A DNA stretch of 64,000 bases from Dicyema japonicum (lineage: Eukaryota > Animalia > Dicyemida), in NCBI GenBank assembly GCA_011109175.1, contig RDEW01000022.1, forward strand, positions 925,339 to 989,338, in the 5' to 3' direction. The notes under the pieces were generated by a model. That model was not told the origin of the DNA and did not search any database. It saw nothing but the letters and a program-made list of their open reading frames with translations. Positions 11,322-21,929 of the stretch are shown piece after piece; position 1 is the first letter of the stretch; the number at the start of each line of letters is the position of its first letter. Position numbers and translations under genes: made by a program.

Positions 11322-12671
11322 ATGAGTTTATCAGTTGTTTGTGACAACGGAACTGGCGTATTCTATATTATAATCCAACTACTTTAGTACGTCAAATGTG
11401 GATATAACACTGAAAACATTCCAAGACATGTTTTCCCATCAGTAGTTGGATTTCCAGTAATCCGTGCTGACGTGAAGCAAGACTCCAAAGTAAAAATTAA
11501 AGTAAGAGTGCTTATAGCATTTATTAAGGACGTCATGGTTGGATGGGAGGCCAGTGACAACAGATCGTACTTGTCACTCAAATATCCAATGGAAAACGGA
11601 ATCATAAGAGACTGGGACTGCATGACCCATCTTTACAATTATACGTTCGGTCCTGATTGCATGAATCTCGACTGCAAAGACACTCGAATTATGCTGACAG
11701 AACCTCCTGGCAATCCCTTAAAAAATAGGCAAAAAATGGCTGAGGTAGTTGTGTGCTAAAACGTAGCTAATGTTCGAAAAATATCACTTCCACAGCTTAT
11801 ATGTGGCGATTCAGGCTGTTTTGACTTTGTATGCTCAGGGTAGGCAGTTTATGTAAGGTTAGGACTTTTTACTGGAATCGTGTTGGATTCTGGGGATGGG
11901 GTTACCCACGTGTGTCCTGTTTTTGAAGGCTGTTCTGTCCCAAATGGAATAATGCGTCTTAATTTGGCTGGGAGAGATGTTTCCTCTCGACTTTTGAAGG
12001 TTAGCTTCTTTGCTATTTCAGCTTGTCCAACTGCGGGGTACAATCTTAATAGCAATGCTGACTTCCAAACTGTGGGGGAAATGAAGGAAAAACTTTGCTA
12101 TGTAACTTGTGACGCTGAAAAAGAAAGGAAGCTTGCTCAGGAGACTACCTCCGTTCGTGAGAGTTATACCGTAAGAAGGTCCCTAACTGTTAGTTGCCCG
12201 ATGGAAGGACTATTTTTGTTGAAGAAGAGCGATTCATGGCCCCGGAATGTTTATTCACCCCTCATTGCTTGATATTGAACAAGGGGGGATACACGAGTTG
12301 TGCTACGACTCCATCAATGTTTATTTTCATGACTTAACAGAAATGTGATATTGATATTCGGCCTCATCTTTATAAAGAAATCAACCTTTCCGGGGGGACG
12401 ACGATGTTACGAGGCTTCCCCTCCCGCCTCGAACGTGAAATTAAGCGCCTCTACCTCGAAAAGATTGGCAAGAACAAGACCGTTACAGTAATCATTTATG
12501 ACGTAAATGTAGAAAATTCCGATTAACATCAAGGATCCACCTTACAGAAAGCACCTAGTCTTCCAGGGTGCTGCCGTACTTTCTGGAGTCATTCAGAACA
12601 ATGATATGGCCTGGGTCACTCACAAAGAATACAAGGAGCAGGGAATCTCATGTCTGTCTAAACTGAAATGA
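11322..12671 (+). CDS. ACTR2: Actin-related protein 2 (Arp2/3 complex)
   Basis: VCDNGTG, YPMENGII, LTEPPGNP, VLDSGDGVTH, DPPYRKHLVF, W.T.KEY.E.G. Eight introns of 22-30 nt (11358-11387, 11502-11528, 11745-11766, 11840-11862, 12000-12021, 12171-12193, 12319-12340, 12488-12512). One -1 frameshift in a C-run at ~12259. Confidence 0.93.
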
Positions 12672-12789
12672 GGAAAGCACTTATACTGATTAATTATTTA
12701 TGGGTTAATTTCTTGGTAAATACGCACGGAATATTAATTTTGTTTCCTTATTTTAACTTTTTATAAGGAACAGTTAGTATTCATGTTAC

Positions 12790-13420
12790 ACAGTGATCGG
12801 GTGGGTCTCCTCCTATTACGGACTTTGAGACTCGATGAACAAGTATGAGATTATGTGAGGCCTCTATTGGATAACATAGTTACTAGTTCTGGTCTTTGGA
12901 ATAAATTCATTCCTCAGTAGGGCGAAATCACCGTTCCTGTCTTCCATTACTTTCACCTGCCTGGCGTCCAACTGTCTCAATGAATCTTAGTGTCCTGGGG
13001 ACAAAACTTATGAGGTTCAATTGAGACAGTCTAGGAGAAGCACGTAGAGGCGTGATATTGATGCATATATGACGCACATTAAAAGGCACTTATATGGCTG
13101 TAATTATATATTTAATAACTGCCTGGCTATCCATGAAAGTTTTCATTAATAGACTAATATACTCACAGCTTGAAGTCGTGAGTTTACTTAATGTAGAATG
13201 CCCTTATGAATAAAATCTCAATTATTCAGTTCACGTGTGAGATCATGGTGATGATCCTGAGAGAGACTACAAACTCTAGAGAATTATATTATTGCTTTAA
13301 ATAGTCAGAGCCTAAGAGGAACATCGGAGATTCCTCGGGTCTTTTGAAGGACATAAAGATCTCAGTTGGTCAACCGATGTCATATTTTGGCCAGTGTTCT
13401 TATATGGGATCATTGGGAGG
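12790..13420 (-). mobile_element. Decayed LINE 3' fragment (CR1/L2-like)
   Basis: SFVPRTLRF resembles SFFPRTIxxWN near the 3' end, followed by UTR-like sequence and an A-rich end. Many stops. Confidence 0.3.
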
Positions 13421-13588
13421 GGGGTTTAATAAAGTCCAATAGAAGAGCCAATTATATGTCGTTCACACGTTAATGTTGGTTTACGATTTTTAGAGTAAAA
13501 ATCAATTCATGGTAATCTCTTTACTATAATCGACTTTACATCATCACTGTTAATAAGGATATATAAAATAACTCTGTGGTCGATGATA

Positions 13589-14172
13589 TTAAAAGGAGAA
13601 ATGGAGGGAGGATTCTTCTTTTGACCGATCTTTGTTGAAACGTAAGGAGCGTTTGGTCCCAGCACAATGGAGTTCATTGAAATAATTTCTTGATTGGTCA
13701 TTATTGTGCTGGTGGCGATCCTTCTGTCTTAGATGGCGCCCAAATGCAAAAACGGTCTCAAAAGTCATTAGCTCTCCTTCACTTCGATGGATAATTTCTC
13801 GGAAAGATCCATACAACTGTACTTCTTGGTAGACATGTGTGCTTGGAAGGACTAATCTCTTTGCGACCATGTATTCCAGGATTAAAATAGAAATAACGTC
13901 AAACAGTAGGATGACTCCAATTCCCGCGCCATCCAACGTTTGTGGTCCACATTGTACGCAGTATAGAACGATAGTGCCCTCACTAATTTCTGCAGAGAAA
14001 TTCGATTGGAGATAGGAACTTTTGTACAAATCGGTTTTGTTTTGCCTTTAACATGGACAGGTAAGCAAATTTCCATCTTCCTGACAAACGAGGAAGAATC
14101 CGGATATATGACTACGTGTCCCAGCTTCCATGAGTAGGGGAATCGGTGAAATGAGTTGCTCCTGCAGAACAT
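13589..14172 (-). CDS. Putative gene of unknown function, divergent from EXOC3
   Basis: Overlapping ORFs of 96 and 146 aa start at an ATG directly after the AT island shared with EXOC3. One hydrophobic segment (GAGIGVILLFDVISILIL). No family recognised. Confidence 0.35.
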
Positions 14173-14308
14173 AGCCAGTTCCTTCTAAACCGAGATATTA
14201 ATAAATTAAAAAATTCAATAATTATAAAATCAATAGTCTAATTACAATTTAAAATAAAATAAAAAAAAAATAAATTAATATTTAAAAAAATTATCCGTTG
14301 GTTTTTGT
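14173..14308. promoter_or_regulatory. AT-rich island, putative bidirectional promoter (example of a window-wide pattern)
   Basis: 136 bp separating divergent ATGs, with a nearly pure A/T core. Similar islands precede Arp2, cathepsin, SUCO/H2A.Z and DHODH. Confidence 0.5.
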
Positions 14309-17006
14309 ATGGCCTGTGAGGAAAACTCAAAAATTGAATTTCAAGCCAAACAAAGCGCACTGGCTTGCATTAAAAATTTATTTCAAGTAACAACAATCAA
14401 AATGTCATAGGACCCAAAGCAACTCGACAAACTCGATCAATTTAGAATCAGAAATGCCCAAAGCCTCGTTCGATCCTTCATTATCCTAGAAAAACGTCGA
14501 ATCCAACTTGAAGAATTTCATTCAATCATACACGACCGACATTCGAACTGCCTTCGACATCATAGAATCTTCCAAGAAGGACTACCAAGAGGTCATTAAA
14601 TGGTTTCTATCGGATTTTAACATAAAGTATCAATTCCATCCACAAACAGTTGAACACTACGCTCATTACCTCGCCAGGATTCGATAAACTCGCAGAAGAG
14701 CACAAAGAGTACGATAAAGTATAAATTTTGCATTTGCGTAATTAAAAAGTTCCATGAAGCTTTTTGGCTCAGTTTTTGGTTTAATGTTTCGTAGCTCAAC
14801 ACTGCCGTTTCTAACGCTGAAATCATAAACAGGGCGTCGACGATGTTCGAGAAAGCTCGAAGCATGATCAAATCTGACAAGTTTTTACATGCCCACAAGA
14901 TGTAAAATTTAAATTAATTTAAATTTTTATTTTTTAAATATTATATAATTATTTTTTAGTTTATTAGAACTCGAAAATTGCGGCCTTAATTCCGTGTCTG
15001 ATGGTGCCATGGATCATAAGCTATTCAAATTCTTTGAGGATTTGGATGACATAATCGAGGAACTCTATGGGAGTCTGAAAGTCTGTCTTCGAAGAATGGT
15101 TCTTTTTTTGCGGCGATCCCCCTCTTCGGTTGTAACCGCCATTAGAATAATCGAGAGGGAATCCAAGTTAGGATGTTACACCTGAAAGCCATAGAATCGA
15201 TTCCAATTTTGAGGAATTGTGTAAGCAGACGAGATTTATGCCAAAGGGAAGGCCAAAGTGTCTTAGAAGGCGATTTTTCGACCTGATCAAGGAAAACATC
15301 GTCCAACGTGTTGAGGGATGTCAACTGGATGACAAGTCTGATAAAATATGGATTCTGAAATATTTGGAGACTCTAGTAACTGTCACCAAGGACGATTTGG
15401 TGGTTATTCAGGTGATTATCATAGTTACCCCCAGGCATTTGAACATCAGTGTTTTCCCAAAAGCTACCACATTTTTGAAACTTACTGCCGATATTACCAC
15501 AGTGTGTTACGAGACCGGGTTTTCTTATCATCTTACATAGCTAAATGATCTGGTCAAAGAGGTTCAGGGACAACAGCTCTTACCCTTCATCAATTGGATC
15601 GACAAAGCATTGTCGTGTACCTTAGCTGATTTTAGAACCCCTTATTTCTTTGTGGACGTCAAAGTCAAAATGAACTTTGTCCCCTTGGGCCCTCTGGTAA
15701 GCCAAGATGTGATGGATAAGCTCATAAATTTGTAGTCATCACTCTGATTCGTAGATTTTTGAACTTCTTTGCTAATGACGTCACTGCCTGCCTGGCTAAG
15801 GGGTTGGCTCATGACCAGGATGATTGGCTCTCTTCCAACGAACCGGAGACCAACTCATCTGATAAATTCCAGACTCCTTTATATTTCTCTATCATTGCTA
15901 TTCTTGACCAAAGAGTTTGTCGTCCCCCATATTTGTAGTTGGAACTCATATCGAACCTGGTGAAGTACCCCGTCATTCAAAGAGCCGTGGAAATCTCTAT
16001 GGATTCCCTAAACAAGTTTGTTGTGAGCTACAAAAGTATACCTCCTTATCATCTCTAGAGGAAATAACTAACCTCGTCTCGACACATTCTCAGAATCGCA
16101 GTGTTCCTCCACTCTACACTTTTTACCTCGTTTCCCCCGGTAATTACGCGTTTAGATTGCAAATTGCAATAATCTGGCATTAATGACTGAAAACATAAAG
16201 AAAATTGCAGTCAAATACTTTCAGTCTTCCGCACTAGTCTTTGAAAATTCACCTGCAGAGGAGAAATTTCTGTCGTTTCAGTCAAACTGCTCATCTTTGG
16301 TCAACTATTGGTAGGTTCTATAAGCATGTTAGCGTACAAGCACTGATTGATGAAATGCTCCTCGACTTGGGAAAATTCCTGCGTGACCTGTGCACTGACA
16401 AATGGTCCCCGATATGTTTTACAGTAGGTTTGGGGATAGACATGATAAAAATGTCTCTGAGATAATTTGTGTGACGATAGAGGACTATTCCCAGCATTAT
16501 TCCAAACTGTGCGACGAGGAGTACTTTTCGCTGCTGGAGAAGCTCAGACAACATATTTTGTTGTCGTATGTGGACGCACTCTGCTCAAAGTGAAGACTAT
16601 GATTTGACTTAGAAAAATAAACTGGAAGAATAAGTCTATTCGTATGGACGTCCTGGGGTTGATTGAAGCGGACGCCCTAAGATTTGAGGAGTTGTTCGAA
16701 GAGTTGTTGAAGCCCGAATATCGCCTCACTGCTCCTTCCTTCCACTTTCTTATCGATATTACCAAGCTCTTTAAGCAGCAAGACCGGTCCATGATGTTTA
16801 TTGAAATTTCTGTAGTCTTTGGTCTCATTTTGAAGGAATTCATCGATAAGTATGATGAGATAAATTCTGAGCAAATCGTTAACCTTGTGTCCATCAGGGA
16901 TGACTTTAATAAGTCTGCCGTCAGGGATCTCTTCAGAGATACGTTTAAAGAAGATTTTCTTCATAAGCCTAGATCGACCAGTGGATTTTTTTCACTAATT
17001 TTATGA
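14309..17006 (+). CDS. EXOC3: Exocyst complex component 3 (Sec6)
   Basis: Spliced N-terminus MACEEN..LFQDPKQLDKLDQFR, and the motifs FLHAHK, VVTAIRIIERE, PKGRPK, DKIWILKYLE, FPKSYHIF align in order with EXOC3 as I recall it. Many micro-introns. Last exon ends at 17006. Confidence 0.88.
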
Positions 17007-17619
17007 GCATGAATTGAGTCTCTTGTTTGATAGGACTTGCTCTTTCAAAGAACTCACCAATGATGAGTCTATGGGCATTGTAGGCTTCTGTGGCCGACTA
17101 CTGAATTGATGAATCAAGGGATTAGGTGGGGGATACTTGAGATATCATGGTTCCTACTCTGGAGACTCTTGTTGGTTAGATCCCTTTTAAACTGGTTACT
17201 CCACAGTAAACCGGGAATACGAAGGCGGGTCACAGACTTTCCTTCTATTGTCCTCTTCTCTACAATCTCCCTTAATAGTCTTAGTAGTTTTTGTTGATCC
17301 TTATTAACTCCGCATTGGGTCTCATCCGGAGAGAAAACTCTAGAGTCGATCCCCTTGTTTTTCTGTGGGTCTCATGGATTTTTTTCCTTGGAGGTGGAAA
17401 CCATCAAGTGATGATAGAATGATTCTCTGATAGATAGAGAAATTCTTCCCCCTTAATGCAAAGCTTACGAACTTCAGATTCCTTGTTCGACTAGAGCCAA
17501 CCTGGGTTCTGCGAGATTTATTATAAATTTTTAATAATAATTTTTAATTATTAAAATATATTAAACATCCACTCATGAGATTCAAAAAATATTGAATGCA
17601 TCTACAAGGTGCAAGTTGG

Positions 17620-18000
17620 AAATGACGACAACTTAAAATAGCACCTTATGAAATATAGAATTATTTTGATTAAACAGGTGAGTTATCTTGTAGCACGTTG
17701 TGGAGAGGCAAATACAATTGCGAAAATCTAATAAAGCCATGTTCAAAATAGATCATCCATACAGAAGTAAGATGGTTGTCATGTGGAAGAGTATTGGAAC
17801 GTTTGTTCGAATTACAAAAAGAGTATTTCAAGAAACGAAATTTTCCAATTTACAATAATTTGGAAAACAATTTTTGTTTACAGAGAATTGCATATTTGGT
17901 TTCAATTTGTGATAAACTGAATAAATTTACATTATCACTACGAGGAAAATATCAATCTGTTTTTATTTTTAACGATAAAATGTTGGCCTTAAATGGAAAG
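17620..18000 (+). mobile_element. hAT (Buster/Charlie, ZBED5/SCAND3-like) transposase remnant, internally deleted
   Basis: VSYLVARCGEANTIA joined to EVRWLSCGRVLERLFEL...IAYLVSICDKLNKFTLSLRG. Confidence 0.7.
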
Positions 18001-18542
18001 TGAGATGGAATAGCCGTGCGGAAGTGCTTAATCGTAAGTATATAATCGTAACCGAATTAACTAAGCGGGTAAACCTTCCGCGGTCGTGTGGAACCTCTCA
18101 ACTCGTCAAATGTTTTCACAATTCATTTTTGACGTACTAAAGTATGCTAGGAAGTGTGACTGTGGGCGTCCAAGTGATGTGATCGACTCTCAAGAATGTA
18201 TCGGACTATCAAATTACTTTGACATGAAGACTTTTTACATGTTTATTTATTTTTATTATTTTTTTTAATTATTTATTTAAATATAAACAGTAAATAACCA
18301 TAAAAAGTTCCTTTCAGTAAAGGCTGAAAGCTCTTAGAACAGAATACGCATTTTCCTTTACTATTTGTAAGGAAATACGGTCAATAAGCAAGTTCTTTTA
18401 TCACTTATTATTTTTACTCTTCGCAAAACAATTCAACTTAGTTATTGTCGTATAGTATCACGTCCGGGTAAAGTATCACGTCCGGGCTGATAAGTCTTAC
18501 TTATCATTTTAAAACAAATGGTTACCGGCTTCTTTTCGGAGG

Positions 18543-18813
18543 AAAAACGAAATTTTTAATTTCGTCCAAAAACATGTTCGACGTAGCATGGGACAAAAAT
18601 GGGAAACCTTGACAACGGTCCCCGATTTTAAAAAAAACGAAATTTTTAATTTCGTCCAAAAACATGTTCGACGTAGCATGGGACAAAAATGGGAGACCTT
18701 GACACCGGTCCCCGATTTTTTAAAGGAAAAATGAAATTTTTAATTTCGTCCAAAAACATGTTCGACGTAGCATGGGACAAAAAAAGGAGACCATGACATC
18801 GGTCCCCGATTTT
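18543..18813. repeat. Tandem array of three ~90-bp near-identical units
   Basis: Unit AAAAACGAAATTTTTAATTTCGTCCAAAAACATGTTCGACGTAGCATGGGACAAAAATGGGAAACCTTGACAACGGTCCCCGATTTT, with periods of 90 and 94. Confidence 0.95.
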
Positions 18814-18817
18814 CAGA

Positions 18818-19010
18818 TTAATTAGGGTGAATTAAAGAATGGATTAGGGTCTATTTGAGAAGGAGTTAAGGAATATTAGAAAGTGGATTAGGGTGTATTA
18901 GAGAATGTGTTAGGGTAAATAAAAGAATGAATTATGGTGTATTAGAGAATGGATTAGGTAATTAGGAGTTAGTTTGAATTAGAAAATGAGTTAGGGTGAA
19001 TAATATGAAT
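18818..19010 (+). repeat. Degenerate 22-bp minisatellite with a telomere-like TTAGGG core (~8-9 units)
   Basis: Consensus GGATTAGGGTGTATTAGAGAAT, with about five exact TTAGGG hexamers and strong G-strand bias. Confidence 0.85.
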
Positions 19011-19025
19011 TTTTTAGAGTTTCTG

Positions 19026-20090
19026 TGTTATGCAAGAAATAAAATTTTTTAGTTTTTTTTAATTTTTTGATTTGATTTTGATAAATTTCGGTCGGTCGTT
19101 GGTGCTGGTTTCAAGACCATTGTTGCTGGTGCCACGACCGTTGACGCTACTTACGTTTCCGCAAGTCGAAAAGTTTTCAATGCCGAAATACACAATACAA
19201 GGCTAAATTACAAGAAGATCTGAAGATACACATTACAAGGGCCATATTACAAGACGGACATTGATGCTGAAGACACATATCACAAGGGCCATTTTGCAAG
19301 ATGATCCGTAGATACACATTACAAGGGCCATACTACAAACGAAGGAACCTATTCACTCCGAGTGAATCTCCTAAAGACAAATAAACATATTACAAACGAA
19401 GGAACCCATTACATGGTCGAGAAACACATCACAAGTCGGAAGGATATGTTCACAATTACGAAGGAACCCATTATGCTGTGGAGAAGCATATCAAGTCGGA
19501 AGGATTATTCACAATTACGAAGAAACCTATTGAAAGGGCAGTAGACGAAGGATCAAAATCTCTGGATATTTTCCAAGTTGGACCTGGTACCACAACAATT
19601 GAATCCCTACATTCGAATCCGGGTCTACACGGAACTTTGTCATCGTGCAGACTTTGATCCCTACAGGACCTGGGACTATCGTAGATGTAGATACTAGAGT
19701 TGGGACCTACCGGGGGATACCCATACCAAATGTTCCCTACATTCGAATTGGGTTCTACGCAAGACTTTGTTAGCCACATTATTGGTCCCTAGAAGGCGGC
19801 TTGGGACTACTGTGGAAAGAAAACATACTGGGGAAGGGACCTACTAAGGGAAAATTAACTGGAAATGGGCTTACTAGCTTTGTACCTACTACGCTCTGGA
19901 TATAAGGGCAGGATTCATGGGATCCAACACTAGGACGAAATTCAACCAACGATAGAAGATAAACTAAATGTAGTGTGGATACATGGGAAGTGTCCAGCCG
20001 CATAGGCGGACACGTATAAATATCCTAAAAATAACTCCTTACTTACTTTGGAATAAATTTGATTTGATTTGAAACAAAATTTTGAACTTT
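19026..20090 (+). repeat. LTR-like non-coding segment with nested direct subrepeats
   Basis: ACACATTACAAGGGCCAT x3, ACGAAGGAACC x3-4, CCCTACATTCGAAT x2, then TATAAAT (~20017) and AATAAA (~20052). No TSD found, so solo-LTR status is unproven. Confidence 0.35.
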
Positions 20091-20673
20091 TGCCTTTGTT
20101 ACGTTTTCAATCCTTTTGATGATGTGCAGTTGTTAAATATTTGTGGTTATCATGGATATATTGTGATTCCTTTGGTTTCATTAAGACTCCTGTAACCACA
20201 TGTTTTGGACTGATAAGTTTGATTTATCAGCCCGGACACGAAGATGGCCCCTGGTTCTCATACTATACGACAGTTATTAATCGGCTTCCTATGACTCTTG
20301 ATGTTTCAACGATGACTGGGTTAAAAATGAAATGCTCATTCGTAGAGACATTCGTATTTTTTTTAGCGTCTAGATTATTTCGAGGTCTATCCTGGGTGAC
20401 TTTCCTAAATTGAAAGTTAGAGAAGAAAGGTGTTCCACACAGATTGGTTCCAAGACGTTGTATCAATAGATTTTCGATTGGAAGAGAGTTGTCCTGTCAG
20501 GTCTTTGTTAGCTGAATCCAAGTAAATACCCATCATTCAAGCGAATTTACATGATCCATAGAAACTACAACCATGTAGAAAAACGTGATGAAAGAAATGA
20601 ACTCATGAGATTTAAATAAATTATTATAACCACGTATTTATTAAATACCAAATTTTAACTAATTTAAGGAAAA

Positions 20674-21843
20674 TTATTCGATTATAGGATAAATTCCTTT
20701 TAAAGGAAATTTGCAGTTATTCTTCCCGCTGCAAGTTTCAAGTATCCATAAATTCCCCAAAATTTTCCCCATCCATTTTTTATAAGCCAGTACTTTTCTC
20801 CCTTCAAAATTCCATAACCAACAACTGACATTATATGAGTAGTTTCATAATCAGAACATTGTTTGATATGGTATATTCCTTTAAAGTTTCACAACTATTT
20901 ACCTGTATAATAATTATGAAAAGATTGGGAGCTACCAAGAAAAGAAAAAAGCAACAGGACCGAACTTTACGAGAACATTCATAAGCATTTTTTCATCACC
21001 ATCTTTAATGCTTTTATAACCAGTCAAATTAATTTTAATATTTGGTTCTCCTCCATACTTACATTTTCCGACCTACATAATTATTCGCAAATAAAACCTT
21101 AGCCCTATATGGATATCGTTTTTTTGAATTAATTCCTCCGTTTTTCATTATGTAATCATACACACCGTATGTGTGTCCTCCATCGCATCCATGATAATTT
21201 GCACAATCAACAATGTTTTGTTCGCTCATTGATACAAGAATATTGTGTTTATTGCTAAATGCGACTCCAACGTAGCCAACTAAATACATTAAACAATCGT
21301 TAACCGCGCCAAATGCATAGCATGAGCGGCATATAGTTCCTTGTTTTTTTATTCCAGTCACACAGTTTCGCTTTCTCCAATTAAAGGATAGAGGAAATCT
21401 TATTTTATTTAAATCCACTGTGTAATCCTCAAGTAATTCATTTTCGTATGAATCATAAGAAATATGCGGACCAGATAATTTGAAGGGTTTGATAATTTCT
21501 CTTCTTGTCTAAGAAAATATATCGTAAGTCAACCATGTCTGCAAACTGATTAATTCCTAATTCATACATAACTTTTCCTTGCTTTGAAAGCAAATTGTGG
21601 TTGTTAATATATCTTAAATTTTCTGTAAAAATACCCTTTCTCACTTGGAGTTCCAGCCCAGAATATGATTTATCTATAATGAAAATTAATTGTACTATAT
21701 TTTTCTATAAAGTTATTCCATTGGATTTCACAATATTCCGAATCTTTGCTGATTGCATTTATTGATTCATATTTGAAATGCACTGAAGACGAAATAAAGT
21801 AAGTAAAAAATAAAGGGCAAGTAATGATAATAAGGTCGATCAT
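20674..21843 (-). CDS. Cathepsin L-like papain-family cysteine protease with signal peptide and I29 propeptide
   Basis: Signal-like N-terminus; propeptide IFTENLRYINNHN..ELGINQFADM; FNWR, QG.ICRSCYAF (catalytic Cys), SEQNIVDC, GCDGG, THIMSVVGYG (His), YWLIKNGWG (Asn). Multi-exon with at least one small frameshift. Confidence 0.9.
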
Positions 21844-21929
21844 TTTAATTAATTCTGTCTATTGTTTACTTTTCAAATATTAATTTTATTATTTATTAAA
21901 TAATTAATAAAAGTAATTATTTTATAAAT

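Larger units (their letters stand above)
18446..20272. other. Composite module bounded by ~90-bp imperfect inverted repeats (18446-18534 and 20183-20272)
   Basis: Left TGTCGTATAGTAT...GTCCGGGCTGATAAGTCTTACTTATCATTTTAAAACAAATGGTTAC matches the reverse complement of the right copy TGTCGTATAGTAT...GTCCGGGCTGATAAATCAAACTTATCAGTCCAAAACATGTGGTTAC. Confidence 0.6.

Noticed and set aside
12250-12270. -1 frameshifts in conserved genes (Arp2 ~12259, H2A.Z ~30126, tetraspanin ~57395, cathepsin, DHODH) as programmed frameshifting, RNA editing or pseudogenisation
   Set aside because: They fall mostly in homopolymer runs one base short, the typical long-read consensus error, and the genes are otherwise intact. 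RNA-seq versus DNA reads would settle it.
18543-18813. 90-bp array as a CRISPR array
   Set aside because: The units are identical along their whole length with no unique spacers, there are no cas genes, and the context is eukaryotic.
19026-20076. Definite solo LTR (TGTTATG...GAAACA) with a tRNA primer-binding site at ~19128
   Set aside because: No matching TSD, and TGGTGCCACGACC is only a partial PBS match located inside the segment. Kept only as LTR-like.
20205-20255. CTGATAAG hairpin as a hammerhead ribozyme
   Set aside because: It lacks the CUGAUGA...GAAA core with correctly placed stems. No convincing hammerhead was found at the other CTGATGA sites I checked.
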